Position numbers and translations under genes: made by a program. Of a DNA stretch of 64,000 bases, positions 62,083-64,000 are shown piece by piece. The stretch comes from Vicinamibacterales bacterium (GTDB lineage: Bacteria > Acidobacteriota > Vicinamibacteria > Vicinamibacterales > CAVVIG01), in the NCBI GenBank assembly GCA_050183995.1, contig JBFXAT010000015.1, forward strand, positions 7,415 to 71,414, written 5' to 3'. Position 1 is the stretch's first letter. Each line of letters opens with the position of its first letter. The notes under the pieces are model-generated. The model did no database searches. It was not told the origin of the DNA and saw nothing but the letters and a program-made list of their open reading frames with translations.

Positions 62083-63087
62083 GTGCGACTCCCGTTCCTG
62101 ACGATCCTCGTTCTGCCGCTCGCCAGCGCCATGGTTACGGCGCAGCGGGCCGTGCCGTCACACGAACCATCCTCCCCGAGGCCCGCCACGGCAACGGTTC
62201 CCGGGGTGGCGCGGGTGAACGGCGTGGCGATCTCGAAGGACAGGCTGGATGCCGCCGTCTCGGCGCTGGTCCCGCAGGAGTCGTTTCACCGCAGCGTGAA
62301 GCCCGAGAAGATGGCGGAGCTGCGAGCGAAAGCGCTCGCGACCCTCATCGACGAGGAGCTCGCCTATCAGGACGGTATCCGCCGCGGGATCGCCGCGGCG
62401 GATACCGACGTCCGCCGCTCGTGGGCCGACATGGCCCGCACCTACGGTGGAGACGCCAAGTTTCGTGCGGCCCTTCAGACGGCCCATGTCGCGGAGGCGA
62501 CCGTTCGGCAGGAGATGGCGCGTCGGGTCGTGATTGGGAAGAGCGTGGACAGCGCGGTCACCGGCCGTTGTGCCGTCGGTCTCGAGGAGGCCGCCGCCTT
62601 CTTTCGAGACAATCCCGCCCGTTTCCTCGAGCCCGAGCAGGTGCACGTGTTTGGCATCACCATCGGCGTCGACCCGAGCGGTGGCGCCGCCGCGTGGCGC
62701 GCGGCCCGCGCGCGGGCGGACGACGCGGACCGTGCCCTGCAGGCGGGCCGCCCGTTTTCGGAGGTGGCCGCCGAATACTCCACCGACCCCAGCCGCAGCC
62801 AGGGCGGCGACATGGGGTTCGTCCATCGCGGCAGCATGAACGCGCCCTTCGAGGAGATCGTGAAGACCCTCGAGGTCGGACGCACCAGTCCCGTCATCGA
62901 GTCGCTCTACGGCTATCACATCCTTCGCCTCTCGGAAGTGCGGCCGCCGGTCCGCAAGACCTTCGAGCAGGTGTCGGCGACCCTACGCCGGGACCTGACA
63001 GCGAGGCGGTGCGCCGAGCGCAAGGCGGCGTGGCTGGCGGATCTGCGCAGCGGGGCGCGCATCGAGACGTTCGAGCCCACGCGATGA
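62083..63087 (+). CDS. Periplasmic PpiC/parvulin-type peptidyl-prolyl isomerase (SurA/PrsA-like)
   Basis: 334 aa from GTG 62083 with a signal-like N-terminus. The SurA-N-like chaperone region contains VNGVAISKDRLD. The parvulin core is FSEVAAEYSTDPSRSQGGDMGFV...PFEE...GYHILRL. Confidence 0.85.
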   Translation: MRLPFLTILVLPLASAMVTAQRAVPSHEPSSPRPATATVPGVARVNGVAISKDRLDAAVSALVPQESFHRSVKPEKMAELRAKALATLIDEELAYQDGIRRGIAAADTDVRRSWADMARTYGGDAKFRAALQTAHVAEATVRQEMARRVVIGKSVDSAVTGRCAVGLEEAAAFFRDNPARFLEPEQVHVFGITIGVDPSGGAAAWRAARARADDADRALQAGRPFSEVAAEYSTDPSRSQGGDMGFVHRGSMNAPFEEIVKTLEVGRTSPVIESLYGYHILRLSEVRPPVRKTFEQVSATLRRDLTARRCAERKAAWLADLRSGARIETFEPTR

Positions 63088-64000
63088 CATCCGCGGTCCG
63101 CGCCGCGGCGGCCGGGCTGCTGCTCGTCGTGGGGACCACGGCGCACGCGCAGGTCATGTCCGGCACCGCGCAGGTCGACGTCATCGGCTCCGGTACGCGC
63201 ACGCGCGGCATGGACAGCCGCGACAACATGGTCGCGCAGACCTACACGTTCAACTGGGCTTCGCCGCTGATCGACGAGCGCCTGGTCCGGTACGACCTCG
63301 GCACCTCGTTCTCGACCTTCCGCCAACGCGCGACGCGGCCCGACCGCGCCGACCAGACCGGGCGCGCCGGCAACCTCGGTTACCAACTCGGCGCGCAACT
63401 GCTGTCGGCCAGTCCGTTTCCGCTCACGGTTCGCCTGTCCCGGCTGCGAACGACGTCGCTGGGGGATCTCGGTCTGACCAACCCGATCCGCAACGGCCTG
63501 ATCTCGGCCAGCGGCGCGCCTCCGTCCGACTACGAAGCCATCAATCACGACATGATGCTGAACTGGCATGTCGGACTCGGGCGCCTGCCGACGGTGGACC
63601 TGTCGTATCGGCGCAACTCGTCGGACATGAGCGGCGGCAATATCGCGGCATCGCAGCAGGCGCGCAATCTCACCACGGCGGTGTCAAAGTCGTCACCGCG
63701 CACGCACTACACGCTCCGCTATCAGTCGTCACACGCCGAGAACCATCTCGACCAGACGTACACGCAGCGGCTCGGCACGCTCGACTACGCCTTCGGCGCG
63801 ACCCTGACGAAACACAGTCGCCTGAATGTCACCGCCGGCCGCCGCAGCGCCTTCTCGCGTGTGCTGTTCCAGGTGCCGTCCGACACGGCCACCGGTGCCT
63901 ACGCCCCGCCGGTCGATCCGGGCGGCGGGGGCAGCGGGCTCTACGGTCAGGTGGGGTACCACTACGATCCGGGGAGCCGGTTCACGCTGCGCGCGACGGC
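63084..64000 (+). CDS. Partial CDS (5' part, runs off the window): probable outer-membrane beta-barrel protein
   Basis: This ORF is absent from the supplied track because no stop is reached. I translated it by hand from ATG 63084 (ATGA overlap with the PPIase stop) and found no stop through 64000. It has a signal peptide (MTSAVRAAAAGLLLVVGTTAHAQ) and then alternating beta-strand-like text rich in Y/R/N/G/T. Confidence 0.6.
   Translation, partial: MTSAVRAAAAGLLLVVGTTAHAQVMSGTAQVDVIGSGTRTRGMDSRDNMVAQTYTFNWASPLIDERLVRYDLGTSFSTFRQRATRPDRADQTGRAGNLGYQLGAQLLSASPFPLTVRLSRLRTTSLGDLGLTNPIRNGLISASGAPPSDYEAINHDMMLNWHVGLGRLPTVDLSYRRNSSDMSGGNIAASQQARNLTTAVSKSSPRTHYTLRYQSSHAENHLDQTYTQRLGTLDYAFGATLTKHSRLNVTAGRRSAFSRVLFQVPSDTATGAYAPPVDPGGGGSGLYGQVGYHYDPGSRFTLRAT

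Noticed and set aside
1-64000. tRNA, rRNA or other structured RNA genes in the intergenic gaps longer than 100 bp
   Set aside because: I read each gap (including 353-466, 9192-9307, 17464-17777, 24721-24971, 36372-36584, 37142-37310, 43901-44057, 46538-46930, 53779-54005 and 60034-60210). I saw no tRNA-like T-arm or anticodon architecture and no rRNA-like conserved blocks. This was by eye only, so a covariance-model scan could still find small RNAs.

Overview
High-GC (about 70%) chromosomal segment with dense, mostly operonic coding. Gene content (multihaem cytochromes, NHL propellers, TPR, M16 peptidases, bacterial RRM protein) suggests a soil Acidobacteriota- or Gemmatimonadota-like bacterium, but the taxon is inference only. 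I call about 60 protein genes. I found no rRNA, tRNA, CRISPR array, transposase or integrase.

Gene order along the window:
- S9 peptidase.
- Secreted hypothetical protein, then AddB-like nuclease and UvrD/AddA-like helicase.
- Two small zinc-ribbon ORFs, a J-domain-less DnaJ-like protein, yidD, and Mrp/ApbC.
- Two M16 peptidases.
- An aspartate-family operon (asd-lysC-dapB-dapA-M20 peptidase) that ends in a membrane MutS-like ATPase. It is preceded by a terminator-containing leader.
- Amidase with a tiny coupled ORF, then an O-methyltransferase.
- pyk, SRPBCC, TPR, LOG and DinB genes.
- NamZ-like DUF1343, an amino-acid ABC transporter, and an RRM RNA-binding protein.
- HI0933 flavoprotein, an OM beta-barrel protein, and a PAL-like NHL protein.
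- A doubled circularly-permuted ATP-grasp / alpha-E / transglutaminase cluster.
- MscS, M50-CBS protease, methyltransferases, and a GT2-phosphodiesterase-methyltransferase operon.
- 5'-nucleotidase.

The most interesting region is 55.9-64 kb, where two divergent cytochrome operons sit back to back:
- One encodes a membrane-anchored NAD(P)H/FAD/2Fe-2S reductase, a membrane protein with two H-x13-H helices (a di-haem b signature), and a 23-haem c-type cytochrome.
- The other encodes an NHL propeller, a secreted tetrahaem cytochrome with OmcS/OmcE-like motif layout, a PpiC-type PPIase and an outer-membrane barrel.
- Together they look like an uncharacterised outward electron-transfer system.

Smaller observations:
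- A candidate attenuator upstream of asd.
- Three 17-18 bp tandem duplications, all at the stop-codon end of minus-strand genes (two span the stop codon itself).
- A G-quadruplex/polypurine tract.
- A GATC-palindrome tandem repeat.
- A perfect 14-bp palindrome operator candidate.
- Three convergent gene pairs sharing a CTAG double stop.

All family names come from reading motifs in the translations, not from database searches.
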